A stretch of DNA of 19,127 bases, taken from assembly GCA_964447495.1 (NCBI GenBank), contig CAYUTF010000064.1, positions 1-19,127 on the forward strand, read 5' to 3'. The notes under the pieces are model-generated. The model saw only the letters and a list, made by a program, of their open reading frames with translations, did no database searches and had not been told where the DNA came from. The translations under genes were made by a program, and so were the position numbers. Below, in pieces: positions 1 through 8,558 of the stretch. Position 1 is the first letter of the stretch. Each line of letters begins with the position of its first letter. The DNA is from an uncultured archaeon (GTDB lineage Archaea > Asgardarchaeota > Lokiarchaeia > Sigyniarchaeales > SOKP01).

Positions 1-470
1 TTATCATCTAATTCTTTTTTAAGCATTTGTTGAGTTGTCCCTGTATCTTTACCCCATAGATTATTAGCATCCCTTATTTGTATATCATCATCTTTTATCC
101 ATAGATAAACTGGATCTTTTGCTTTACCTTCAATAATAATTCCATCATATCCCGCATGCTTTAATTCCGCGCCCCAATACCCTCCTACTTCAGATTCTCC
201 AAACCCGCCCGTTAATGGAGATTTTGCGCCAACAGCATTTCTACCAGATCCTGGAATATGAGTTCCTGTCAAAGGTCCCGTTGCGAATATCAAATGATTT
301 TTAGGACTCAACGCTTCGATTCCGGGGTCAATTTCTTTTAAAAGATAGTATGAAATAAATCCTTGACCTCCAATATATCTACGGAGAAAAAGATCATCTA
401 AGGGTTCAATTTTAGAAGTTTCATTACTAAGGTTTATCCTGAGTATTTTTCCAGCATAACCAAAATCCAT
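1..470 (-). CDS. aor: Tungsten-dependent aldehyde:ferredoxin oxidoreductase family protein, N-terminal part (runs off the left edge)
   Basis: Not in the ORF track. Manual translation from ATG at 470 gives MDFGYAGKILRINLS...YIGGQG...LIFATGPLTGTHIPGSGR...KSPLTGGFGESEVGGYWGAELKHAGYDGIIIEGKAKDPVYLWI, the typical AOR N-terminal domain. The frame is open to the window edge. Confidence 0.93.
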   Translation of the reverse strand, partial: MDFGYAGKILRINLSNETSKIEPLDDLFLRRYIGGQGFISYYLLKEIDPGIEALSPKNHLIFATGPLTGTHIPGSGRNAVGAKSPLTGGFGESEVGGYWGAELKHAGYDGIIIEGKAKDPVYLWIKDDDIQIRDANNLWGKDTGTTQQMLKKELDD

Positions 471-610
471 GTTTTACTCACATTATTTAGAAATTGTCTA
501 AGTATCCATTTTATTTTAATACTAAATAATAAAACTTCCTTTAAATTATAGGTTATATTCTAAAACTTTATCAAAAGTTTATTGATACTATAAAGTCATC
601 TATAATGATA

Positions 611-1780
611 TTAGAATTCGAATTTTTTGAAGGCTGAAATCACTTTTTCGATATCGTTTTCGTTATTATAATAATTAAAAGAAAATCGTAAAAGTGTATT
701 TTTAGTAGCATTAGGATATCTTTTTAAAGTTACATAAATGTTATTTTTAACAAGAAAGTCATAGATTTTATCTGCTTTCTCATGTTCAAGGGTAATTATA
801 CCCGATCTGAATTCCTTTTCTAAAGGGGTAATGATTGTAACATTAAAATCCTTTATCTTTTCAATAAATGAATCTGTTAATGAGATGATTCTCGCTTGGA
901 TAGAACTAATTCCTTTTTTGATATTACCTCCGCCGATTTGTTCTTTTATCAAATCAAAACTTCCTTTCAATGCGAGAAGTGCGCCGTAATTTGGACATCC
1001 TCCAAATGTATCCATATATCGTGGATAATTTATCACTTTCACATTATCATTATCCATCGAAAAGGGATCGTTAACACTTAACCATCCAGTAAAAGGAATT
1101 TCCTTTTCTTTGAAGAATTTTTGATTAATATATAATATTCCCGCGCCATAACCACAACCAACCCATTTGAGGGTATTACTCACCATAATGTCGATATTAT
1201 CTTCTTTAACATCGATCTCGAATGCTCCAAACGATTGTGTTGTGTTTATTATACTTATTATATGATTTTTTTGACAGAAAATACCTAATTTTCCTAAATC
1301 TTGTCGAAATCCCGTTAAAGATTGCACATGGCTATGAATTAAGATTTTAGTATTTATAGATTTTGCTTCACTGATATTATTTAGAAGGAATTTATTATTG
1401 GTATGTGTAATTTTTATGCCGGGAAAACCAAGCTTTTTAAAGATATGCACCGATGCGGGAAATTCAATCGATGGGTATATAAATTCCCCTTTTTCTAATA
1501 TACGTGCTACTACGTTCATACATGAAGATACATTAGGAAGAAAAGCTATTTCTTCTGGTTTTGCATTGATATATCTTGCTATTATTTCTCGATTTAAATC
1601 AACATCTTCCTTAAATTTTTCATAATACATATCTCCATGTTCAAGCATGGTTTTTAAATAATGTAATCCTCCTTCATATGCTTTAAAATTCATAGGAGAA
1701 GCTGAAGCTGCCATAATATAAGTATGCGAATTAAGCGCGGGGAAAAAGTCCCTCCTAATCTGGTCCCAATCAACTGCCAT
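611..1780 (-). CDS. Class V aminotransferase-fold PLP enzyme (cysteine desulfurase/selenocysteine lyase superfamily, probable C-S lyase)
   Basis: IRRDFFP N-terminus, EEIAFLPNVS, EFPAS, SHVQSLTGFRQDL, SNTLKW (PLP Lys205), RSGII and LRFSFNYYNNENDI motifs. No NifS/SufS catalytic Cys loop. Confidence 0.85.
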   Translation of the reverse strand: MAVDWDQIRRDFFPALNSHTYIMAASASPMNFKAYEGGLHYLKTMLEHGDMYYEKFKEDVDLNREIIARYINAKPEEIAFLPNVSSCMNVVARILEKGEFIYPSIEFPASVHIFKKLGFPGIKITHTNNKFLLNNISEAKSINTKILIHSHVQSLTGFRQDLGKLGIFCQKNHIISIINTTQSFGAFEIDVKEDNIDIMVSNTLKWVGCGYGAGILYINQKFFKEKEIPFTGWLSVNDPFSMDNDNVKVINYPRYMDTFGGCPNYGALLALKGSFDLIKEQIGGGNIKKGISSIQARIISLTDSFIEKIKDFNVTIITPLEKEFRSGIITLEHEKADKIYDFLVKNNIYVTLKRYPNATKNTLLRFSFNYYNNENDIEKVISAFKKFEF

Positions 1781-1942
1781 AATTTTTTATTAACTTGCTT
1801 TATTTAATTAAAAATCTATTGGAGTATTATTTCATTCTACTAAGCATATATTTATGAAATATAATCTGAAATTTTTTGATTATACTATCTTTAGTTAATA
1901 ATTAAATATGTTTTTATTAAAAAAAAGGGTACACATATTAGT

Positions 1943-2788
1943 ATGGAAATCGATGATTTTCTTAAATGTTTGAGTTGTAGTAAAAGATTAGGCGCAAAAT
2001 CTGAAAATACAGCTAGTGAATGCGCAGAATGTATATTAAAATTAGATTTTAAAACACATGACCTTGATCAAAATCAAATTGATACGGATTTACAGAGTAT
2101 ATTAGATTTCTTTGTTTCTGATGTAAACGCGGCTTTTAAAAAAGATCCTGCAGCTCGTTCTCTTATAGAAATTTTAACTAGTTACCCGGGTATAAAGGCA
2201 GTTTTATTGTATCGAATTGCTCACTTCTTTTGGAGATTGCATATGCCCTATATCCCCCGCTATATTTCAGACATTGCACGAGAGTTAACTGCTATCGATA
2301 TCCATCCAGGAGCTGTTATTGGGAGTGATTTTTTCATAGATCATGGTGCAGGAGTAGTAATTGGAGAGACTGCGGAAATTGGTAATAATTGCACTTTCTA
2401 TTCTGGCGTAGTCCTTGGAGGAACCAGCTTAAACAGGGGAAAAAGGCATCCTACCTTAGGTGATAACGTAGTTGCAGGAAGTGGTGCAAAAATATTGGGA
2501 CCAGTTGCGATTGGCGATAATGTGAGAATCGGAGCAAATTCTGTGGTAATTAATGATGTCCCGCCTAATTGTGTTGTTGTAGGAGTTCCAGGTAAAATAG
2601 TTGAAAAAGTCCATGAGAAAGTTCAGAAAATAGATTTAAGACATGGTGATTTGCCAGATCCTATTTCCATGGCGGTCTCTAGCCTGGACAAGAGAATCCG
2701 AGAGTTGGAAAAGCATTTTTTAAAAGATTCTGAAAAGAAGCAAGAAGATATAGAGATCTTTTATGGTGAATATGGAGGTGGAATTTAA
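1943..2788 (+). CDS. cysE: Serine O-acetyltransferase
   Basis: DPAARS, YPG, IDIHPGAVIG, FFIDHGAGVVIGETAEIG and KRHPTLGDNV hexapeptide-repeat motifs. C-terminal EYGGGI. Adjacent to cysK. Confidence 0.97.
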   Translation: MEIDDFLKCLSCSKRLGAKSENTASECAECILKLDFKTHDLDQNQIDTDLQSILDFFVSDVNAAFKKDPAARSLIEILTSYPGIKAVLLYRIAHFFWRLHMPYIPRYISDIARELTAIDIHPGAVIGSDFFIDHGAGVVIGETAEIGNNCTFYSGVVLGGTSLNRGKRHPTLGDNVVAGSGAKILGPVAIGDNVRIGANSVVINDVPPNCVVVGVPGKIVEKVHEKVQKIDLRHGDLPDPISMAVSSLDKRIRELEKHFLKDSEKKQEDIEIFYGEYGGGI

Positions 2789-2822
2789 AGAATGTTCAAG
2801 AAGGTTAAAATAGGTGGATTAG

Positions 2823-3752
2823 ATGGTTAATTATTATAATAGTATAATAGATACAATAGGAAAAACTCCTTTAGTAAAATTAAATCGGATTACAAAAGGA
2901 TTAAAGCCAAATATATTTGGAAAAATAGAATATTTCAATCCTGGGGGCAGTATTAAGGACAGAATAGGAATGAACATGATCCTATCCGCAGAAGAAGAAG
3001 GTATGATTAATTTGAATAGTACTATTGTTGAACCAACTTCTGGGAATACTGGGATAGGTTTAGCATTAGTCTGTGCTTCAAAAGGTTATAAATTGATATT
3101 GGTAATGCCTGAAGGAGTTTCTATTGAAAGGGTTCAAATTCTAAAAGCTTATGGGGCAGAAGTGCTACTTACCCCCAATGAAGGAGGAATGAAAGCTGCG
3201 ATTAAAAAAGCCGAAGAACTTGCGGAAAAAGATGACAATATTTTTATTCCACAACAATTTAAAAACAAGGCTAATCCTGATATCCATAGAAGAACTACAG
3301 CAAAAGAAATATTTAATGACTTAGATGGTCGAATAGATGCATTTATTGCGGGAGTGGGTACTGGTGGTACGATCACTGGTGTTGGTGAAGTTTTAAAAGA
3401 TCGAGTGGGATCTAGATTAAAAGTGTACGCTGTTGAACCCAAGGATTCACCTGTATTATCAGGAGGTTCTCCTGGACCACACAAACTTCAAGGAATTGGC
3501 GCAGGATTTATTCCTGAAATACTCAATACCGCGATTTATGATCAAGTTATTCAAGTGACATATCAAGACGCAATAAATACTGCTAGGAAATTAGCAAAAC
3601 AAGAAGGGATATTTGCAGGGATAAGTACTGGAGCAATAGCATGGGCCACTTTAAACGTTGTTGCTAAAAAATTTGATGTGGATGAGAATCTAGTTTTTAT
3701 TGTATGTGACACTGGAGAGCGATATTTATCAACAGAACTCTATACTTTTTAA
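2823..3752 (+). CDS. cysK: Cysteine synthase A (O-acetylserine sulfhydrylase)
   Basis: IGKTPLV, NPGGSIKDR (PLP Lys), EPTSGNTG, GVGTGGT, PGPHKLQGIGAGFIP and DTGERYLST motifs. Confidence 0.97.
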   Translation: MVNYYNSIIDTIGKTPLVKLNRITKGLKPNIFGKIEYFNPGGSIKDRIGMNMILSAEEEGMINLNSTIVEPTSGNTGIGLALVCASKGYKLILVMPEGVSIERVQILKAYGAEVLLTPNEGGMKAAIKKAEELAEKDDNIFIPQQFKNKANPDIHRRTTAKEIFNDLDGRIDAFIAGVGTGGTITGVGEVLKDRVGSRLKVYAVEPKDSPVLSGGSPGPHKLQGIGAGFIPEILNTAIYDQVIQVTYQDAINTARKLAKQEGIFAGISTGAIAWATLNVVAKKFDVDENLVFIVCDTGERYLSTELYTF

Positions 3753-3756
3753 GAAA

Positions 3757-4674
3757 TTATTTAAGAACAGTTACTTTTGATTTTAAAATTTTATAAACCG
3801 TATTCCAATTATCCTTTAAGTCCCATTTACCTTTCTCTTTAATAATTTTCGATAGCATATAAAAGAGTTTTTTGATTTCCAAGGAATGGAAGAAATTGAT
3901 CTTTGGTGCTAATATAGCTATCATATATTGTTTTTCACCAAATCGCTCCCCTTGATCGGGATATGAATCAAAGAGTAAATATGCATCTGTTTTTAAATTT
4001 TTTAAATTTAACAATATATCTTCTGATTTAGTTATTTTACCATGCCCATATATGGGTAAAGAGGCTGAGAATAATTGATTAACAAGATCATCAATTGAAA
4101 TTGCTATTTGTTTATTTGGAGGATAAAAATCGATAACTTTAGGTCCGTATCTGTCATCCCAGAAAGCAATTAAAATGTAGAGCGCTCTATTTGCATTTTC
4201 ATTTAAAGGGGATACCAACTCAGAACCAATTGGTGCAATTATTTTTTCCAATTCATTATTTAGTAATTTTGACCTATTTATTCTTGCAATTTTACCAGAA
4301 ATCACCGCTAATAGATCTTTCTCTTCAAATGGTTTTGTAATATAATCATCGGCACCTAATAATTTACCCAATCTAATATCCTTTTGGGAGCTCTTAGCAG
4401 AAAGAAAGATAAATGGAATGCTATTCCATCGGGGGTCAATTGATATCTCTTTAAAGAATTCATATCCATCTAACTCAGGCATCATTATATCACTTATAAT
4501 AATATCTGGAAGGTGATCTAACTTAGAAAGTAATTTTAATGCTTCTTTTCCATTTTTTGCAGTTAAAACATTATATTTATTACTTTTTAATATCAGTTCA
4601 ATATTAAATAATAAATCCGTATTATCTTCGACAACAAGAATCTCTGCTTGCATATTTAAATCATTATTTTTCAT
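3757..4674 (-). CDS. Response regulator: N-terminal REC domain fused to a longin/uDENN-like C-terminal domain
   Basis: The REC domain is intact (VVED16-17, phosphoacceptor D62 in SDIMMP, S92, K114-P115). Residues ~164-305 begin LYILIAFWDDRYGPKVIDFYP, the longin/uDENN beta1-beta2 signature. REC is high confidence; the output-domain call is an inference. Confidence 0.9.
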   Translation of the reverse strand: MKNNDLNMQAEILVVEDNTDLLFNIELILKSNKYNVLTAKNGKEALKLLSKLDHLPDIIISDIMMPELDGYEFFKEISIDPRWNSIPFIFLSAKSSQKDIRLGKLLGADDYITKPFEEKDLLAVISGKIARINRSKLLNNELEKIIAPIGSELVSPLNENANRALYILIAFWDDRYGPKVIDFYPPNKQIAISIDDLVNQLFSASLPIYGHGKITKSEDILLNLKNLKTDAYLLFDSYPDQGERFGEKQYMIAILAPKINFFHSLEIKKLFYMLSKIIKEKGKWDLKDNWNTVYKILKSKVTVLK

Positions 4675-4715
4675 TTTGTCGATTGCCTATACATATTATT
4701 CTATACATATAATAT

Positions 4716-7301
4716 TTATAAACTTTTGATTCTGGGGATGAAAATATAAAAAGTTGTACCTTTCATTAATTCACTTTCAACATACACAGAACCTTTATGA
4801 AGTTCGATTAATTCTTTTGCAATACTCAATCCAAGTCCTGTTCCAGGGATATCACTTACTTTATCAGATCTAAAGAACCGTTCAAATAAATGGTTTAAAT
4901 CGTCTTTTGAAACTCCAATCCCATGATCTTGAATTTTAAATAAAATACCATCTAATCCTTCTTCATTATAAATACCCTTATACTGATCAATTGTCTCAAT
5001 TTCTATTATACTATTTTTTGCTGAATATTTTATCGCATTATCTATAAATATACGAAATATTTGATCTAACCGTTTAGCATCGGCATAAAGGATGAGATTA
5101 GGATCAATTTTTACATTAAAAGTTATATTTTTCATATTACCAATAGGTTCCATGAGAACTAGGATTTCCTGGATAAGATCGTAAGGTTTCAATTCTTTCC
5201 ATTCTAAAACTATTTTTCGGTCATCAATCCGCGAAAGCATTAAGATATCATCCACTAAATCTTTTAGTAGATGAATATTCTTTGTCATTCCTTCTTTTAA
5301 TTTCTTTTCTATATCCTGCGTTACTTTCTCAGCGTGATTTTCTAGAAAATCGATTGAAGTTACCAGAACCGAAATAGGATTGCGTAGTTCATGAGAAACG
5401 GTCGATACAAATCTTTCTAATCGTCGTTTCGCTTTTAATCGTTCAGTAATATTTAAACCATATATATTTACATATCGTTTTTTTTCATTCAATATAAAGA
5501 AAAAAGTATAAAACTCATTTTTTATGTGTAATTCCGCTTCATTATTTTGTAGTTCTAAAAAGCACTGCTTAATTGGTTCTCTTAATAGTTCAGGAAGCAG
5601 ACTAGCCTCTCCAATATTAAAAAGCTCTTGACTTGCATTATTAGCTAATAAAACGTACTTTTCGTTTACTCTTAAAACGGGATTAGGGTTTTCTAAAGGA
5701 AATCTTGCCATATCTTCTATTTTTTCTTCCGCTCTTTTCCTTTCAGTGATGTCTCTACATATTGATTGGAAATATTTCTTTCCTGAGAGCTCCATGATAT
5801 TTGTTAATACACTGACATCCTTTATTTCTCCAGTTTTAGTTTTAAATTTTGTTTCAAATGTATCACTGCCCTCTCTCAATATTTTATTAATATGCATTCT
5901 TGTCTCAGCGGCAGATTCGTTTATGTCATAATCATTTACGTTTAATTTCGAAAATTCTTCCCTTGTATATCCCAACATTTTGCATATTGCATTATTGAAC
6001 TCATAAGCTTTTGCAGTATCAGGGTCAAAGATGATAATACCGTCGGGTGATTGTTCAAAAGTAGTACGATAACGATATTCTGATATCTCAAGCTTTTCTT
6101 GAGCCTCTCTGCGTTGGGTAATATCTGTAAAATTCTGTATTATTCCTAGAAAATCACCTCTAACGTTTAAATACGGAACAGAGTGTACAATAAATACTCG
6201 TTTTTTATTAGTATCTAATGCTTGCTCCGCAACGTACTCATAATTTCTTGTTCCAGAAAGTACTTGCTTCATAGAACACATTTCAGAGTTACAATAACTT
6301 ACTGGAGAGCAATCATAACATTTCTTTCCAAGGATGTCTTCTCTTTTTATATTGAATAAAGCACAATATGTATCATTTACTCTAATTATATTGCATTCCT
6401 TATCGATGATACGAAGGGGCAGAGAGGCTTCAAAAATTTGATTAAAATCGACATTTACAATTTCAAGTTCAGCAGCTTTTTTTGTTAACTCATTTTCATT
6501 TAACTTTATCTTTCTAAAAAGTGAATTGTATGGTTCTTTTATGCCAATTTTAATTATCGCTTTGTAGATATGATAAAATGCGATAATCTTGAAAAGATGT
6601 CCAACTAAATTAGCTAACCCATAGACATCAGTATAAAGCGTAAATGCTAGTTCTGAAAAAATCATAAAAATAATAGAAATAATGATAAAAGTAAAAACCT
6701 TTCGATCAAATTCGTTCCTTAGCTTATACATCCAAATAAATGAGATGATAAAAATTGAATCAATAACATATTCACTAATTATTTTGAACGGAGTTAACTG
6801 TTCAATTTCCTCAATATAACATATAGGAAATAAACCTTGAAATATCAAAGTAAGAAATAGCGTTACAAGAATAATTTGTGCAACAGTTAAATAGTAAAAG
6901 TTAACTTTCTTATTGAATAAAATTAAAGCCACCACAAAAGAAATTGATTGCCAATATCTTGCCAAAATCCATAAAGAGGTGGGTAAATTTGAATCAAAAC
7001 CAACAAATATATTCAACCCTGTATACGCCAAGGTATGAATTAAATCGATAACAGCAATGAATAAAAATGATAATCCCACCACCAAATAAAAGGAATTTTT
7101 GATGTATATTCTTGAATTCCATCCGACAACAAAAATGCCCACACTTATAATAATGGCAGAAAGTTCAGCTATGGTATGAAATAATAAATAATTGTATAAG
7201 CTTGAGAGATACATCAAGAATAATAGTCCACTTAAAATAAGATATTCAATAATGCCAAACCTCATATATGAGGATTGATCTATATTTGGACGATTAAACA
7301 T
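4716..7301 (-). CDS. Membrane sensor histidine kinase (MASE3-PAS-PAS-degenerate PAS-HisKA-HATPase)
   Basis: Multi-TM N-terminus with MASE3-type motifs (YLLFHTIAE, IDLIHTLAY, WILAR, LVGHLFK). Two PAS/PAC units ending DITQRR and DITERK. H-box VSHELRNP (H637), N-box DNAIKY, G1 DHGIG, F-box LFERFFR, G2 GTGLGL. Confidence 0.95.
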   Translation of the reverse strand: MFNRPNIDQSSYMRFGIIEYLILSGLLFLMYLSSLYNYLLFHTIAELSAIIISVGIFVVGWNSRIYIKNSFYLVVGLSFLFIAVIDLIHTLAYTGLNIFVGFDSNLPTSLWILARYWQSISFVVALILFNKKVNFYYLTVAQIILVTLFLTLIFQGLFPICYIEEIEQLTPFKIISEYVIDSIFIISFIWMYKLRNEFDRKVFTFIIISIIFMIFSELAFTLYTDVYGLANLVGHLFKIIAFYHIYKAIIKIGIKEPYNSLFRKIKLNENELTKKAAELEIVNVDFNQIFEASLPLRIIDKECNIIRVNDTYCALFNIKREDILGKKCYDCSPVSYCNSEMCSMKQVLSGTRNYEYVAEQALDTNKKRVFIVHSVPYLNVRGDFLGIIQNFTDITQRREAQEKLEISEYRYRTTFEQSPDGIIIFDPDTAKAYEFNNAICKMLGYTREEFSKLNVNDYDINESAAETRMHINKILREGSDTFETKFKTKTGEIKDVSVLTNIMELSGKKYFQSICRDITERKRAEEKIEDMARFPLENPNPVLRVNEKYVLLANNASQELFNIGEASLLPELLREPIKQCFLELQNNEAELHIKNEFYTFFFILNEKKRYVNIYGLNITERLKAKRRLERFVSTVSHELRNPISVLVTSIDFLENHAEKVTQDIEKKLKEGMTKNIHLLKDLVDDILMLSRIDDRKIVLEWKELKPYDLIQEILVLMEPIGNMKNITFNVKIDPNLILYADAKRLDQIFRIFIDNAIKYSAKNSIIEIETIDQYKGIYNEEGLDGILFKIQDHGIGVSKDDLNHLFERFFRSDKVSDIPGTGLGLSIAKELIELHKGSVYVESELMKGTTFYIFIPRIKSL

Positions 7302-7359
7302 GATTTGTTATTAATTTTTCCATTCAATTCAACATTCTTCATAAAAATAGTGTATATTG

Positions 7360-7908
7360 TTAATTAATGTTTGTTTTTTGGAATATAGTAAAAATACACG
7401 TCTTAGCAAGTTCATAATTAAAATTTAAAGGGAGTGCTTCTTTAATTTGTTTGATGTATTCCTCCGCTTCTTTTGAATCAAAATTGCTATTTACAGTGTC
7501 AATATCAGGGTCATATTTATGTAAAAATATTGAGAAATCAACATTTTGATTGCTTTTTTGTAATAAGTCAACTACTTCTACTAAATATTGTAATGCCAAA
7601 CTATATCTAGCAGTATCTTGGATATCAATTACAAAAATAATTTTATTAGTCCCTACAATATTTTTTTTAAAATCAATTGAATAATCTTTTCGAAATTGCT
7701 CCTGCCCTCCGAAATCCCAGACATTAAATTCGGATCCAAAGACAGTAAAGATTTCTCTTTTTATCCCTCTTGTCGGATTTAAAGAATAAAATGACATTAA
7801 ATTCTTTATTCCTTTCAAACATAAAACAATGGAAGTTTTACCACTCTTATCTAAACCCATGATAAGAATCTTTTTTATATTGTTTACATTAGATATGTCC
7901 TTTTCCAT
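7360..7908 (-). CDS. Small Ras-superfamily GTPase, Arf/Rag(Gtr)-like
   Basis: G1 GLDKSGKTS, G2 PTRG, G3 WDFGGQ, G4 HKYD, G5-like TCIF. Stand-alone 182-aa G domain. Confidence 0.93.
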   Translation of the reverse strand: MEKDISNVNNIKKILIMGLDKSGKTSIVLCLKGIKNLMSFYSLNPTRGIKREIFTVFGSEFNVWDFGGQEQFRKDYSIDFKKNIVGTNKIIFVIDIQDTARYSLALQYLVEVVDLLQKSNQNVDFSIFLHKYDPDIDTVNSNFDSKEAEEYIKQIKEALPLNFNYELAKTCIFTIFQKTNIN

Positions 7909-7956
7909 GTATATGACCTAACTCCGTGATAATTTATTCAGCAATTTTATGAAATT

Positions 7957-8292
7957 TTATGGTAGAACATCTTTTACATCTGAATCTATAAAATCTACTA
8001 ACTTTTCCTTATTTTTCTTGATTACAAAAGAATTTATCTGCGAAAGAAAATTGGAGGTATCCAAATCTTTGATATTATAACAATTCTCCTTGTCTTTTTT
8101 CTCAAAGATAATTAAATTATTACTTAGTAGAATTTTCAGGTGTTGAGAGATAGTGGATTGCGATTTTTGCAAAATATTTTGAAGATCATTAGATGTTCTT
8201 CCCTCTTTTTGTAATAAGAACAATATATCTAATCGAGTTTGATCTGAAAGTGCTTTCAAAAAATCGCTGATATAACTATTAATGTCGCTCAT
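7957..8292 (-). CDS. ArsR/SmtB family transcriptional regulator
   Basis: FLKALSDQTRLDIL and SQSTISQHLKIL winged-HTH motifs. Confidence 0.92.
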   Translation of the reverse strand: MSDINSYISDFLKALSDQTRLDILFLLQKEGRTSNDLQNILQKSQSTISQHLKILLSNNLIIFEKKDKENCYNIKDLDTSNFLSQINSFVIKKNKEKLVDFIDSDVKDVLP

Positions 8293-8558
8293 AAATGATG
8301 TTCAATTTTTTCTAATATTATATATGGTTATACCGTTATAAATCAATATTATTTATAAAATGGAAATTTTTGATTATTAAAGATTTGTCTAATTAATTAT
8401 AGATAATCTATTTTTTCGCTAAAAGAGACGTGTTCTTATTAAATTGTGAATGAACATTCGCTATATGAAAATATTTAAATATCGGCATATCGTTAATAAT
8501 GAATAATGAAATATAATATTCCAATAAGATATTATTACAAAATTTAAAGGTTATAACC

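Noticed and set aside
896-1625. Short plus-strand ORFs 896..1081 and 1398..1625
   Set aside because: Antisense shadows of the PLP enzyme gene with no recognisable motifs.
3149-3484. 111-aa minus-strand ORF
   Set aside because: Antisense to conserved cysK; its Pro/Ser-rich composition is typical of a shadow frame.
7957-8292. ArsR as a BigR/SqrR-type persulfide sensor or arsenite sensor
   Set aside because: Only one Cys; the two-Cys arrangement and the CVC motif are absent.
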